This document shows, piece after piece, positions 22,601 through 37,600 of a stretch of DNA of 64,000 nucleotides. Both the position numbers and the translations under genes were made by a program. The DNA is taken from assembly GCA_964016885.1 (NCBI GenBank), contig OZ024744.1, positions 21,452,001-21,516,000 on the forward strand, read 5' to 3'. The notes below the pieces were generated by a model that was not told the origin of the DNA, searched no databases, and saw only the letters and a program-made list of their open reading frames with translations. Source of the DNA: Eledone cirrhosa. Its lineage: Eukaryota. Position 1 is the first letter of the stretch, and each line of letters opens with the position of its first letter.

Positions 22601-25600
22601 GACTTCTTCAGACAGTTAGAAGAGGTGACAGCCACAACAGCTATGACATATTCAGACAAAAGAGGTGACAGGCACAACAGCTATGACATCTTCAGACAGA
22701 AGAGGTGAAAGCCAGAACAGCTATGACATCTTCAGACAGTTAGAAGAGGTGACAGGCACAACAGCTATGACATCTTCAGACAGTTAGAAGAGGTGACAGC
22801 CACAACAGCTATGACTACTTCAGACAGTTAAAAGAGGTGACAGGCACAACAGCTGTGACATCTTCAGACAGTGAGAAGAGGTGACAGCCACAACAGCTAT
22901 GACATCTTTAGACAGTTAGAAGTGGTGACAGTATCAACAGCTATGACATCTTCAGACAGTTAGAAGAGGTGACAGGCACAACAGCTTTGACATCTTCATA
23001 CAGTTAGAAGAGGTAACAGCAACAACAGCTATGAGATCTTCAGACAGAAGAGGTGACAGACACAACAGCTATGACATCTTCAGACAGAAGAGGTGACAGG
23101 CCCAACAGCTATGAGATCTTCAGACAGAAGAGGTAACAGCCACAACAGCTATGACATATTCAGACAGAAGAGGTGACAGGCACAACAGCTATGATATCTT
23201 CAGACAGTTAGAAGAGGTGACAGCCACAACAGCTATGACATATTCAGACAGTTAGAAGAGGTGACAGCCACAACAGCTATGACATCTTCAGACAGTTAGA
23301 AGAGGTGACAACCACAACAGCTATGACATCTTCAGACAGTTATAAGATGTGACAGCCACAACAGCTATGACATCTTCAGACAAAAGAGGTGACAGCCACA
23401 ACAGCTATGACATCTTTACAGTTAGAAGAGGTGACAGCCACAACAGCTATGACATATTCAGACAGTTAGAAGAGGTGACAGCCACAACAGCTATGACATC
23501 TTCAGACAGTGAGAAGAGGTGACAGCCACAACAGCTATGACATCTTCAGACTGTTAGAAGAGGTGACAGCCACAACAGCTATGACATCTTCAGACAGAAG
23601 AGGTGACAGGCACAACAGCTATGACATCTTCAGAGAGAAGAGATGACAGGCACAACAGCTATGACATCTTCAGACAGAAGAGGTGACAGACACAAGAGCT
23701 ATAACATCTTCAGACAGTTAGAAGAGGTGACAGGAACAAAAGCTATGATATCTTCAGACAGTTAGAAGAGGTGACAGGCACAACAGCTATGACATCTTCA
23801 GACAGTTAGAAGAGGTGACAGGCACAACAGCTATGACATCTTCAGACAGTTAGAAGAGGTGACAGCAACAACAGCTATGACATCTTCAGACAGAAGAGGT
23901 GACAGCCACAACAGCTATGACATCTTCAGACAGTTAGAAGAGGTGACAGGCACAACAGCTATGACATCTTTAGACAGTTAGAAGAGGTGACAGCCACAAC
24001 AGCTATGACATATTCAGACAGTTAGAAGAGGTGACAGGCACAACAGCTATGACATCTTCAGACAGTTAGAAGAGGTGACAGCCACAACAGCTATGACATA
24101 TTTAGACAGTTAGAAGAGGTGACAGGAACAACAGCTATGACATCTTCAGACAGTTAGAAGAGGTGACAGGCACAACAGCTATGACATCTTCAGACAGTTA
24201 GAAGAGGTGACAACAACAACAGCCATGACATCTTCAGACAGTTAGAAGAGGTGACAGGCACAGCAGCTATGACATCTTTAGACATTTAGAAGAGGTGACA
24301 GCCACAACAGCTATGATATCTTCAGAGAGAAGAGGTGACAGGCACAACAGCTATGACATCTTCAGACAGTTAGAAGAGGTGACAGGCACAACAGCTATGA
24401 CATCTTCAGACAGTGAGAGGAGGTGACAGCCACAACAGCTATGACATCTTCAGACTGTTAGAAGAGGTGACAGCCACAACAGCTATGAAATCTTCAGACA
24501 GAAGAGGTGACAGCCACAACAGCTATGACATCTTCAGAGAGAAGAGGTGACAGATACAACAGCTATGACATCTTCAAACAGAAGAGGTGACAGACCAACG
24601 GCTAAAACATCTTCAGACAGTTCGAAGAGGTGACAGGCACAACAGCTCTGACATCTTCAGACAGTTAGAAGTGGTGACAGGCACAACAGCTATGACATCT
24701 TCAGACAGTTAGAAGAGGTGACAGCCACAACAGCTATGACTTCTTCAGACAGTTAGAAGAGGTGACAGCCACAACAGCTATGACATATTCAGACAAAAGA
24801 GGTGACAGGCACAACAGCTATGACATCTTCAGCCAGAAGAGGTGACAGCCAGAACAGCTATGACATCTTCAGACAGTTAGAAGAGGTGACAGGCACAACA
24901 GCTATGACATCTTCAGACAGTTAGAAGAGGTGACAGCCACAACAGCTATGACTACTTCAGACAGTTAAAAGAGGTGACAGGCACAACAGCTGTGACATCT
25001 TCAGACAGTGAGAAGAGGTGACAGCCACAACAGCTATGACATCTTCAGACAGTTAGAAGAGGTGACAGCCACAACAGCTATGACATCTTCAGACAGTTAT
25101 AAGATGTGACAGCCACAACAGCTATCATATCTTCAGACAAAAGAGGTGACAGCCACAACAGCTATGACATCTTTACAGTTAGAAGAGGTGACAGCCACAA
25201 CAGCTATGACATATTCAGACAGTTAGAAGAGGTGACAGCCACAACAGCTATGACATCTTCAGACAGTTAGAAGAGGTGACAGCCACAACAGCTATGACAT
25301 CTTCAGACAGTTAGAAGATGTGACAGCCACAACAGCTATCATATCTTCAGACAAAAGAGGTGACAGCCACAACAGCTATGACATCTTTACAGTTAGAAGA
25401 GGTGACAGCCACAACAGCTATGACATATTCAGACTGTTAGAAGAGGTGACAGCCACAACAGCTATGACATCTTCAGACAGAAGAGGTGACAGCCACAACA
25501 GCTATGACATCTTCAGAGAGAAGAGATGACAGGCACAACAGCTATGACATCTTCAGACAGAAGAGGTGACAGACAAAAGAGCTATAACATCTTCAGACAG

Positions 25601-28600
25601 TTAGAAGAGGTGACAGGAACAAAAGCTATGATATCTTCAGACAGTTAGAAGAGGTGACAGGCACAACAGCTATGACATCTTCAGACAGTTAGAAGAGGTG
25701 ACAGGCACAACAGCTATGACATCTTCAAACAGAAGAGGTGACAGACACAACGGCTAAAACATCTTCAGACAGTTCGAAGAGGTGACAGGCACAACAGCTC
25801 TGACATCTTCAGACAGTTAGAAGTGGTGACAGGCACAACAGCTATGACATCTTCAGACAGTTAGAAGAGGTGACAGCCACAACAGCTATGACTTCTTCAG
25901 ACAGTTAGAAGAGGTGACAGCCACAACAGCTATGACATATTCAGACAAAAGAGGTGACAGGCACAACAGCTATGACATCTTCAGACAGAAGAGGTGACAG
26001 CCAGAACAGCTATGACATCTTCAGACAGTTAGAAGAGGTGACAGGCACAACAGCTATGACATCTTCAGACAGTTAGAAGAGGTGACAGCCACAACAGCTA
26101 TGACTACTTCAGACAGTTAAAAGAGGTGACAGGCACAACAGCTGTGACATCTTCAGACAGTGAGAAGAGGTGACAGCCACAACAGCTATGACATCTTTAG
26201 ACAGTTAGAAGTGGTGACAGTATCAACAGCTATGACATCTTCAGACAGTTAGAAGAGGTGACAGGCACAACAGCTTTGACATCTTCATACAGTTAGAAGA
26301 GGTAACAGCAACAACAGCTATGAGATCTTCAGACAGAAGAGGTGACAGACACAACAGCTATGACATCTTCAGACAGAAGAGGTGACAGGCCCAACAGCTA
26401 TGAGATCTTCAGACAGAAGAGGTAACAGCCACAACAGCTATGACATATTCAGACAGAAGAGGTGACAGGCACAACAGCTATGATATCTTCAGACAGTTAG
26501 AAGAGGTGACAGCCACAACAGCTATGACATATTCAGACAGTTAGAAGAGGTGACAGCCACAACAGCTATGACATCTTCAGACAGTTAGAAGAGGTGACAA
26601 CCACAACAGCTATGACATCTTCAGACAGTTATAAGATGTGACAGCCACAACAGCTATGACATCTTCAGACAAAAGAGGTGACAGCCACAACAGCTATGAC
26701 ATCTTTACAGTTAGAAGAGGTGACAGCCACAACAGCTATGACATATTCAGACAGTTAGAAGAGGTGACAGCCACAACAGCTATGACATCTTCAGACAGTG
26801 AGAAGAGGTGACAGCCACAACAGCTATGACATCTTCAGACTGTTAGAAGAGGTGACAGCCACAACAGCTATGACATCTTCAGACAGAAGAGGTGACAGCC
26901 ACAACAGCTATGACATCTTCAGAGAGAAGAGATGACAGGCACAACAGCTATGACATCTTCAGACAGAAGAGGTGACAGACACAAGAGCTATAACATCTTC
27001 AGACAGTTAGAAGAGGTGACAGGAACAAAAGCTATGATATCTTCAGACAGTTAGAAGAGGTGACAGGCACAACAGCTATGACATCTTCAGACAGTTAGAA
27101 GAGGTGACAGGCACAACAGCTATGACATCTTCAAACAGAAGAGGTGACAGACACAACGGCTAAAACATCTTCAGACAGTTCGAAGAGGTGACAGGCACAA
27201 CAGCTCTGACATCTTCAGACAGTTAGAAGTGGTGACAGGCACAACAGCTATGACATCTTCAGACAGTTAGAAGAGGTGACAGCCACAACAGCTATGACTT
27301 CTTCAGACAGTTAGAAGAGGTGACAGCCACAACAGCTATGACATATTCAGACAAAAGAGGTGACAGGCACAACAGCTATGACATCTTCAGACAGAAGAGG
27401 TGAAAGCCAGAACAGCTATGACATCTTCAGACAGTTAGAAGAGGTGACAGGCACAACAGCTATGACATCTTCAGACAGTTAGAAGAGGTGACAGCCACAA
27501 CAGCTATGACTACTTCAGACAGTTAAAAGAGGTGACAGGCACAACAGCTGTGACATCTTCAGACAGTGAGAAGAGGTGACAGCCACAACAGCTATGACAT
27601 CTTTAGACAGTTAGAAGTGGTGACAGTATCAACAGCTATGACATCTTCAGACAGTTAGAAGAGGTGACAGGCACAACAGCTTTGACATCTTCATACAGTT
27701 AGAAGAGGTAACAGCAACAACAGCTATGAGATCTTCAGACAGAAGAGGTGACAGACACAACAGCTATGACATCTTCAGACAGAAGAGGTGACAGGCCCAA
27801 CAGCTATGAGATCTTCAGACAGAAGAGGTAACAGCCACAACAGCTATGACATATTCAGACAGAAGAGGTGACAGGCACAACAGCTATGATATCTTCAGAC
27901 AGTTAGAAGAGGTGACAGCCACAACAGCTATGACATATTCAGACAGTTAGAAGAGGTGACAGCCACAACAGCTATGACATCTTCAGACAGTTAGAAGAGG
28001 TGACAACCACAACAGCTATGACATCTTCAGACAGTTATAAGATGTGACAGCCACAACAGCTATGACATCTTCAGACAAAAGAGGTGACAGCCACAACAGC
28101 TATGACATCTTTACAGTTAGAAGAGGTGACAGCCACAACAGCTATGACATATTCAGACAGTTAGAAGAGGTGACAGCCACAACAGCTATGACATCTTCAG
28201 ACAGTGAGAAGAGGTGACAGCCACAACAGCTATGACATCTTCAGACTGTTAGAAGAGGTGACAGCCACAACAGCTATGACATCTTCAGACAGAAGAGGTG
28301 ACAGGCACAACAGCTATGACATCTTCAGAGAGAAGAGATGACAGGCACAACAGCTATGACATCTTCAGACAGAAGAGGTGACAGACACAAGAGCTATAAC
28401 ATCTTCAGACAGTTAGAAGAGGTGACAGGAACAAAAGCTATGATATCTTCAGACAGTTAGAAGAGGTGACAGGCACAACAGCTATGACATCTTCAGACAG
28501 TTAGAAGAGGTGACAGGCACAACAGCTATGACATCTTCAGACAGTTAGAAGAGGTGACAGCAACAACAGCTATGACATCTTCAGACAGAAGAGGTGACAG

Positions 28601-31600
28601 CCACAACAGCTATGACATCTTCAGACAGTTAGAAGAGGTGACAGGCACAACAGCTATGACATCTTTAGACAGTTAGAAGAGGTGACAGCCACAACAGCTA
28701 TGACATATTCAGACAGTTAGAAGAGGTGACAGGCACAACAGCTATGACATCTTCAGACAGTTAGAAGAGGTGACAACAACAACAGCCATGACATCTTCAG
28801 ACAGTTAGAAGAGGTGACAGGCACAACAGCTATGATATCTTCAGAGAGAAGAGGTGACAGGCACAACAGCTATGACATCTTCAGACAGTTAGAAGAGGTG
28901 ACATGCACAACAGCTATGACATCTTCAGACAGTGAGAGGAGGTGACAGCCACAACAGCTATGACATCTTCAGACTGTTAGAAGAGGTGACAGCCACAACA
29001 GCTATGAAATCTTCAGACAGAAGAGGTGACAGCCACAACAGCTATGACATCTTCAGAGAGAAGAGGTGACAGATACAACAGCTATGACATCTTCAAACAG
29101 AAGAGGTGACAGACACAACGGCTAAAACATCTTCAGACAGTTCGAAGAGGTGACAGGCACAACAGCTCTGACATCTTCAGACAGTTAGAAGTGGTGACAG
29201 GCACAACAGCTATGACATCTTCAGACAGTTAGAAGAGGTGACAGCCACAACAGCTATGACTTCTTCGGACAGTTAGAAGAGGTGACAGCCACAACAGCTA
29301 TGACATATTCAGACAAAAGAGGTGACAGGCACAACAGCTATGACATCTTCAGACAGAAGAGGTGACAGCCACAACAGCTATGACATCTTCAGACAGTTAG
29401 AAGAGGTGACAGGCACAACAGCTATGACATCTTCAGACAGTTAGAAGAGGTGACAGCCACAACAGCTATGACTACTTCAGACAGTTAAAAGAGGTGACAG
29501 GCACAACAGCTGTGACATCTTCAGACAGTGAGAAGAGGTGACAGCCACAACAGCTATGACATCTTTAGACAGTTAGAAGTGGTGACAGTATCAACAGCTA
29601 TGACATCTTCAGACAGTTAGAAGAGGTGACAGGCACAACAGCTTTGACATCTTCATACAGTTAGAAGAGGTAACAGCAACAACAGCTATGAGATCTTCAG
29701 ACAGAAGTGGTGACAGACACAACAGCTATGACATCTTCAGACAGAAGAGGTGACAGGCCCAACAGCTATGAGATCTTCAGACAGAAGAGGTAACAGCCAC
29801 AACAGCTATGACATATTCAGACAGAAGAGGTGACTGGCACAACAGCTATGATATCTTCAGACAGTTAGAAGAGGTGACAGCCACAACAGCTATGACATAT
29901 TCAGACAGTTAGAAGAGGTGACAGCCACAACAGCTATGACATCTTCAGACAGTTAGAAGAGGTGACAGCCACAACAGCTATGACATCTTCAGACAGTTAT
30001 AAGATGTGACAGCCACAACAGCTATGACATCTTCAGAGAGAAGAGGTGACAGGCACAACAGCTATGACATCTTCAGACAGTTAGAAGAGGTGACAGGCAC
30101 AACAGCTATGACATCTTCAGACAGTGAGAGGAGGTGACAGCCACAATAGCTATGACATCTTCAGACAGAAGAGGTGACAGACACAACAGCTATAACATCT
30201 TCAGACAGTTAGAAGAGGTGACCGCCACAACAGCTATGACATCTTCAGACAGAAGAGGTGACAGGCACAACAGCTATGAGATCTTCAGACAAAAGAGGTG
30301 ACAGCCACAACAGCTATGACATCTTTACAGTTAGAAGAGGTGACAGCCACAACAGCTATGACATATTCAGACAGTTAGAAGAGGTGACAGCCACAACAGC
30401 TATGACATCTTCAGACAGTGAGAAGAGGTGACAGCCACAACAGCTATGACATCTTCAGACTGTTAGAAGAGGTGACAGCCACAACAGCTATGACATCTTC
30501 AGACAGAAGAGGTGACAGCCACAACAGCTATGACATCTTCAGAGAGAAGAGGTGACAGGCACAACAGCTATGACATCTTCAGACAGAAGAGGTGACAGAC
30601 ACAACAGCTATAACATCTTCAGACAGTTAGAAGAGGTGACAGGCACAACAGCTATGACATCTTCAGACAGTTAGAAGAGGTGACAGCCACAACAGCTATG
30701 ACTTATTCAGACAGTTAGAAGAGGTGACATCCACAACAGCTATGACATCTTCAGACAGTTAAAAGAGGTGACAGGCACAACAGCTGTGACATCTTCAGAC
30801 AGTTAGAAGAGGTGACAGGCACAACAGCTATGACATGTTCAGAGAGAAGAGGTGATAGGCACAACAGATATGACATCTTCAGACAGTTAGAAGAGGTGAC
30901 AGGCACAACGGCTATGCCATCTGAAGAGAGTTAGAAGAGGTGACAGGCACAACAGCTATGACATCTTCAGACAGAAGAGGTGACAGCCACAACAGCTAGG
31001 ACATCTTCAGACAGTTAGAAGAGGTGACAGCAACAACAGCTATGACATCTTCAGACAGTTAGAAGAGGTGACATCCACAACAGCTATGACATCTTCAGAC
31101 AGTTAAAGAGGTGACAGGCACAACAGCTGTGACATCTTCAGACAGTTAGAAGAGGTGACAGCCACAACAGCTATGACATCTTCAGACAGTTAGAAGAGGT
31201 GACAGGCACAACAGCTATGACATGTTCAGAGAGAAGAGGTGATAGGCACAACAGATATGACATCTTCAGACAGTTAGAAGAGGTGACAGGCACAACAGCT
31301 ATGACATCTTCAGACAATGAGAAGAGGTGACAGCCACAACAGCTATGACATCTTCAGACTGTTAGAAGAGGTGACAGCCACAACAGCTATGACATCTTCA
31401 GACAGAAGAGGTAACAGCCACAACAGCTATGACATCTTCAGAGAGAAGAGGTGACAGGCACAACAGCTATGACATCTTCAGACAGAAGAGGTGACAGACA
31501 CAACAGCTATGGCATCTTCAGACAGTTAGAAGAGGTGACAGGAACAACAGCTATGATATCTTCAGACAGTTAGAAGAGGTGACAGGCACAACAGCTATGA

Positions 31601-34600
31601 CATCTTCAGACAGTTAGAAGAGGTGACAGGCACAACAGCTATGACATCTTCAGACAGTTAGAAGAGGTGACAGCAACAACAGCTATGAAATCTTCAGACA
31701 GAAGAGGTGACAGCCACAACAGCTATGACATCTTCAGACAGTTAGAAGAGGTGACAGGCACAACAGCTATGAGATCTTTAGACAGTTAGAAGAGGTGACA
31801 GCCACAACAGCTATGACATATTCAGACAGTTAGAAGAGGTGACAGGCACAACAGCTATGACATCTTCAGACAGTTAGAAGAGGTGACAGCCACAACAGCT
31901 ATGACATCTTCAGACAGTTAGAAGAGGTGACAGGCACAACAGCTATGACATCTTCAGACAGTTAGAAGAGGTGACAGCAACAAGAGCTATGACATCTTCA
32001 GACAGTTAGAAGAGGTGACAGGCACAGCAGCTATGACATCTTTAGACATTTAGAAGAGGTGACAGCCACAACAGCTATGACATCTTCAGACAGTTAGAAG
32101 AGGTGACTGGCACAACAGCTATGATATCTTCAGAGAGAAGAGGTGACAGGCACAACAGCTATGACATCTTCAGACAGTTAGAAGAGGCGACAGGCACAAC
32201 AGCTATGACATCTTTAGACAGTGAGAGGAGGTGACAGCCACAACAGCTATGACATCTTCAGACTGTTAGAAGAGGTGACAGCCACAACAGCTATGAAATC
32301 TTCAGACAGAAGAGGTGACAGCCACAACAGCTATGACATCTTCAGAGAGAAGAGGTGACAGACACAACAGCTATGACATCTTCAAACAGAAGAGATGACA
32401 GACACAACGGCTAAAACATCTTCAGACAGTTCGAAGAGGTGACAGGCACAACAGCTCTGACATCTTCAGACAGTTAGAAGTGGTGACAGGCACAACAGCT
32501 ATGACATCTTCAGACAGTTAGAAGAGGTGACAGCCACAACAGCTATGACTTCTTCAGACAGTTAGAAGAAGTGACAGCCACAACAGCTATGACATATTCA
32601 GACAAAAGAGGTGACAGGCACAACAGCTATGACATCTTCAGACAGAAGAGGTGACAGCCACAACAGCTATGACATCTTCAGACAGTTAGAAGAGGTGACA
32701 GGCACAACAGCTATGACATCTTCAGACAGTTAGAAGAGGTGACAGCCACAACAACTATGACATCTTCAGACAGTTAAAAGAGGTGACAGGCACAACAGCT
32801 GTAACATCTTCAGACAGTGAGAAGAGGTGACAGCCACAACAGCTATGACATCTTTAGACAGTTAGAAGTGGTGACAGTATCAACAGCTATGACATCTTCA
32901 GACAGTTAGAAGAGGTAACACCAACAACAGCTATGAGATCTTCAGACAGAAGAGGTGACAGACACAACAGCTATGACATCTTCAGACAGAAGAGGTGACA
33001 GACCCAACAGCTATGAGATCTTCAGACAGAAGAGGTGACAGCCACAACAGCTATGACATATTCAGACAGAAGAGGTGACAGGCACAACAGCTATGATATC
33101 TTTACACAGTTAGAAGAGGTGACAGCCACAACAGCTATGACATATTCAGACAGTTAGAAGAGGTGACAGCCACAACAGCTATGACATCTTCAGACAGTTA
33201 GAAGAGGTGACAGGCACAACAGCTATGACATCTTCAGACAGTGAGAAGAGGTGACAGCCACAACAGCTATGACATCTTCAGACAGTTATAAGATGTGACA
33301 GCCACAACAGCTATGACATCTTCAGAGAGAAGAGGTGACAGGCACAACAGCTATGACATCTTCAGTCTGTTAGAAGAGGTGACAGGCACAACAGCTATGA
33401 CATCTTCAGACAGTGAGAGGAGGTGACAGCCACAACAGCTATGACATCTTCAGAATGTTAGAAGAGGTGACAGCCACAACAGCTATGACATCTTTAGACA
33501 GTTAGAAGTGGTGACAGTATCAACAGCTATGACATCTTCAGACAGTTAGAAGAGGTGACAGGCACAACAGCTTTGACATCTTCATACAGTTAGAAGAGGT
33601 AACACCAACAACAGCTATGAGATCTTCAGACAGAAGAGGTGACAGACACAACAGCTATGACATCTTCAGACAGAAGAGGTGACAGCCACAACAGCTATGA
33701 CATCTTCAGAGAGAAGAGGTGACAGACACAACAGCTATGACATATTCAGACAGAAGAGGTGACAGACACAACAGCTATAACATCTTCAGACAGTTAGAAG
33801 AGGTGACAGGCACAACAGCTCTGACATCTTCAGACAGTTAGAAGTGGTGACAGGCACAACAGCTATGACATCTTTAGACATTTAGAAGAGGTGACAGCCA
33901 CAACAGCTATGACATCTTCAGACAGTTAGAAGAGGTGACAGGCACAACAGCTATGACATCTTCAGAGAGAAGAGGTGACAGGCACAACAGCTATGACATC
34001 TCCAGACAGTTAGAAGAGGTGTCAGGCACAACAGCTATGACATCTTCAGACAGTGAGAGGAGGTCACAGCCACAACAGCTATGACATCTTCAGACTGTTA
34101 GAAGAGGTGACAGCCACAACAGCTATGAAATCTTCAGACAGAAGAGGTGACAGCCACAACAGCTATGACATCTTCAGAGAGAAGAGGTGACAGACACAAC
34201 AGCTATGACATCTTCAGACAGAAGAGGTGACAGACACAACAGCTATAACATCTTCAGACAGTTAGAAGAGGTGACAGCCACAACAGCTATGCCATCTTCA
34301 GACAGAAGAGGTGACAGGCACAACAGCTATGAGATCTTCAGACAGAAGAGGTGACAGCCACAACAGCTATGACATTGTTACAGTTAGAAGAGGTGACAGC
34401 CACAACAGCTATGACATATTCAGACAGTTAGAAGAGGTGACAGCCACAACAGCTATGACATCTTCAGACAGTGAGAAGAGGTGACAGCCACAACAGCTAT
34501 GACATCTTCAGACTGTTAGAAGAGGTGACAGCCACAACAGCTATGACATCTTCAGACAGAAGAGGTGACAGCCACAACAGCTATGACATCTTCAGAGAGA

Positions 34601-37600
34601 AGAGGTGACAGGCACAACAGCTATGACATCTGCAGACAGAAGAGGTGGCAGACACAACAGCTATAACATCTTCAGACAGTTAGAAGAGGTGACAGGCACA
34701 ACAGCTATGACTTATTCAGACAGTTAAAAGAGGTGACATCCACAACAGCTATGACATCTTCAAACAGTTAAAAGAGGTGACAGGCACAACAGCTGTGACA
34801 TCTTCAGACAGTTAGAAGAGGTGACAGGCACAACGGCTATGCCATCTGAAGAGAGTTAGAAGAGGTGACAGGCACAACAGCTATGACATCTTCAGACAGA
34901 AGATGTGACAGCCACAACAGCTATGACATCTTCAGACAGTTAGAAGAGGTGACAGCAACAACAGCTATGACATCTTCAGACAGTTAGAAGAGGTGACATC
35001 CACAACAGCTATGACATCTTCAGACAGTTAAAGAGGTGACAGGCACAACAGCTGTGACATCTTCAGACAGTTAGAAGAGGTGACAGCCACAACAGCTATG
35101 ACATCTTCAGACAGTTAGAAGAGGTAACAGGCACAACAGCTATGACATGTTCAGAGAGAAGAGGTGATAGGCACAACAGATATGACATCTTCAGACAGTT
35201 AGAAGAGGTGACAGGCACAACAGCTATGACATCTTCAGACAATGAGAAGAGGTGACAGCCACAACAGCTATGACATCTTCAGACTGTTAGAAGAGGTGAC
35301 AGCCACAACAGCTATGACATCTTCAGACAGAAGAAGTAACAGCCACAACAGCTATGACATCTTCAGAGAGAAGAGGTGACAGGCACAACAGCTATGCCAT
35401 CTTCAGACAGAAGAGGTGACAGACACAAGAGCTATAACATCTTCAGACAGTTAGAAGAGGTGACAGGAACAACAGCTATGATATCTTCAGACAGTTAGAA
35501 GAGCTGACAGGCACAACAGCTATGACATCTTCAGACAGTTAGAAGAGGTGACAGCCACAACAGCTATGACATCTTCAGACAGTGAGAAGAGGTGACAGCC
35601 ACAACAGCTATGACATCTTCAGACTGTTAGAAGAGGTGACAGCCACAACAGCTATGACATCTTCAGAGAGAAGAGGTGACAGGCACAACAGCTATGACAT
35701 CTTCAGAGAGAAGAGGTGACAGGCACAACAGCTATGACATCTTCAGAGAGAAGAGGTGACAGGCACAACAGCTATGACATCTTCAGACAGAAGAGGTGAC
35801 AGACACAACAGCTATGACATCTTCAGAATGTTAGAAGAGGTGACAGCCACAACAGCTATGACATCTTTAGACAGTTAGAAGTGGTGACAGTATCAACAGC
35901 TATGACATCTTCATACAGTTAGAAGAGGTAACACCAACAACAGCTATGAGATCTTCAGACAGAAGAGGTGACAGACACAACAGCTATGACATCTTCAGAC
36001 AGAAGAGGTGACAGCCACGACAGCTATGACATCTTCAGAGAGAAGAGGTGACAGACACAACAGCTATGACATATTCAGACAGAAGAGGTGACAGACACAA
36101 CAGCTATAACATCTTCAGACAGTTAGAAGAGGTGACAGGCACAACAGCTCTGACAACTTCAGACAGTTAGAAGTGGTGACAGGCACAACAGCTATGAGAT
36201 CTTCAGACAGAAGAGGTGACAGCCACAACAGCTATGACATTGTTACAGTTAGAAGAGGTGACAGCCACAACAGCTATGACATATTCAGACAGTTAGAAGA
36301 GGTGACAGCCACAACAGCTATGACATCTTCAGACAGTGAGAAGAGGTGACAGCCACAACAGCTATGACATCTTCAGACTGTTAGAAGAGGTGACAGCCAC
36401 AACAGCTATGACATCTTCAGACAGAAGAGGTGACAGCCACAACAGCTATGACATCTTCAGAGAGAAGAGGTGACAGGCACAACAGCTATGACATCTGCAG
36501 ACAGAAGAGGTGGCAGACACAACAGCTATAACATCTTCAGACAGTTAGAAGAGGTGACATGCACAACAGCTATGACATCTTCAGACAGTTAGAAGAGGTG
36601 ACAGGCACAACAGCTATGACATCTTCAGACAGTTAGAAGAGGTGACAGCCACAACAGCTATGACTTATTCAGACAGTTAAAAGAGGTGACATCCACAACA
36701 GCTATGACATCTTCAAACAGTTAAAAGAGGTGACAGGCACAACAGCTGTGACATCTTCAGACAGTTAGAAGAGGTGACAGGCACAACGGCTATGCCATCT
36801 GAAGAGAGTTAGAAGAGGTGACAGGCAAAACATCTATGACATCTTCAGACAGAAGATGTGACAGCCACAACAGCTGTGACATCTTCAGACAGTTAGAAGA
36901 GGTGACAGCAACAACAGCTATGACATCTTCAGACAGTTAGAAGAGGTGACAGCCACAACAGCTATGACATCTTCAGACAGTTAGAAGAGGTGACAGGCAC
37001 AACAGCTATGACATGTTCAGAGAGAAGAGGTGATAGGCACAACAGATATGACATCTTCAGACAGTTAGAAGAGGTGACAGGCACAACAGCTATGACATCT
37101 TCAGACAATGAGAAGAGGTGACAGCCACAACAGCTATGACATCTTCAGACTGTTAGAAGAGGTGACAGCCACAACAGCTATGACATCTTCAGACAGAAGA
37201 GGTAACAGCCACAACAGCTATGACATCTTCAGAGAGAAGAGGTGACAGGCACAACAGCTATGACATCTTCAGACAGAAGAGGTGACAGACACAAGAGCTA
37301 TAACATCTTCAGACAGTTAGAAGAGGTGACAGGAACAACAGCTATGATATCTTCAGACAGTTAGAAGAGGTGACAGGCACAACAGCTATGACATCTTCAG
37401 ACAGTTAGAAGAGGTGACAGCCACAACAGCTATGACATCTTCAGACAGTGAGAAGAGGTGACAGCCACAACAGCTATGACATCTTCAGACTGTTAGAAGA
37501 GGTGACAGCCACAACAGCTATGACATCTTCAGACAGAAAAGGTGACAGCCACAACAGCTATGACATCTTCAGAGAGAAGAGGTGACAGGCACAACAGCTA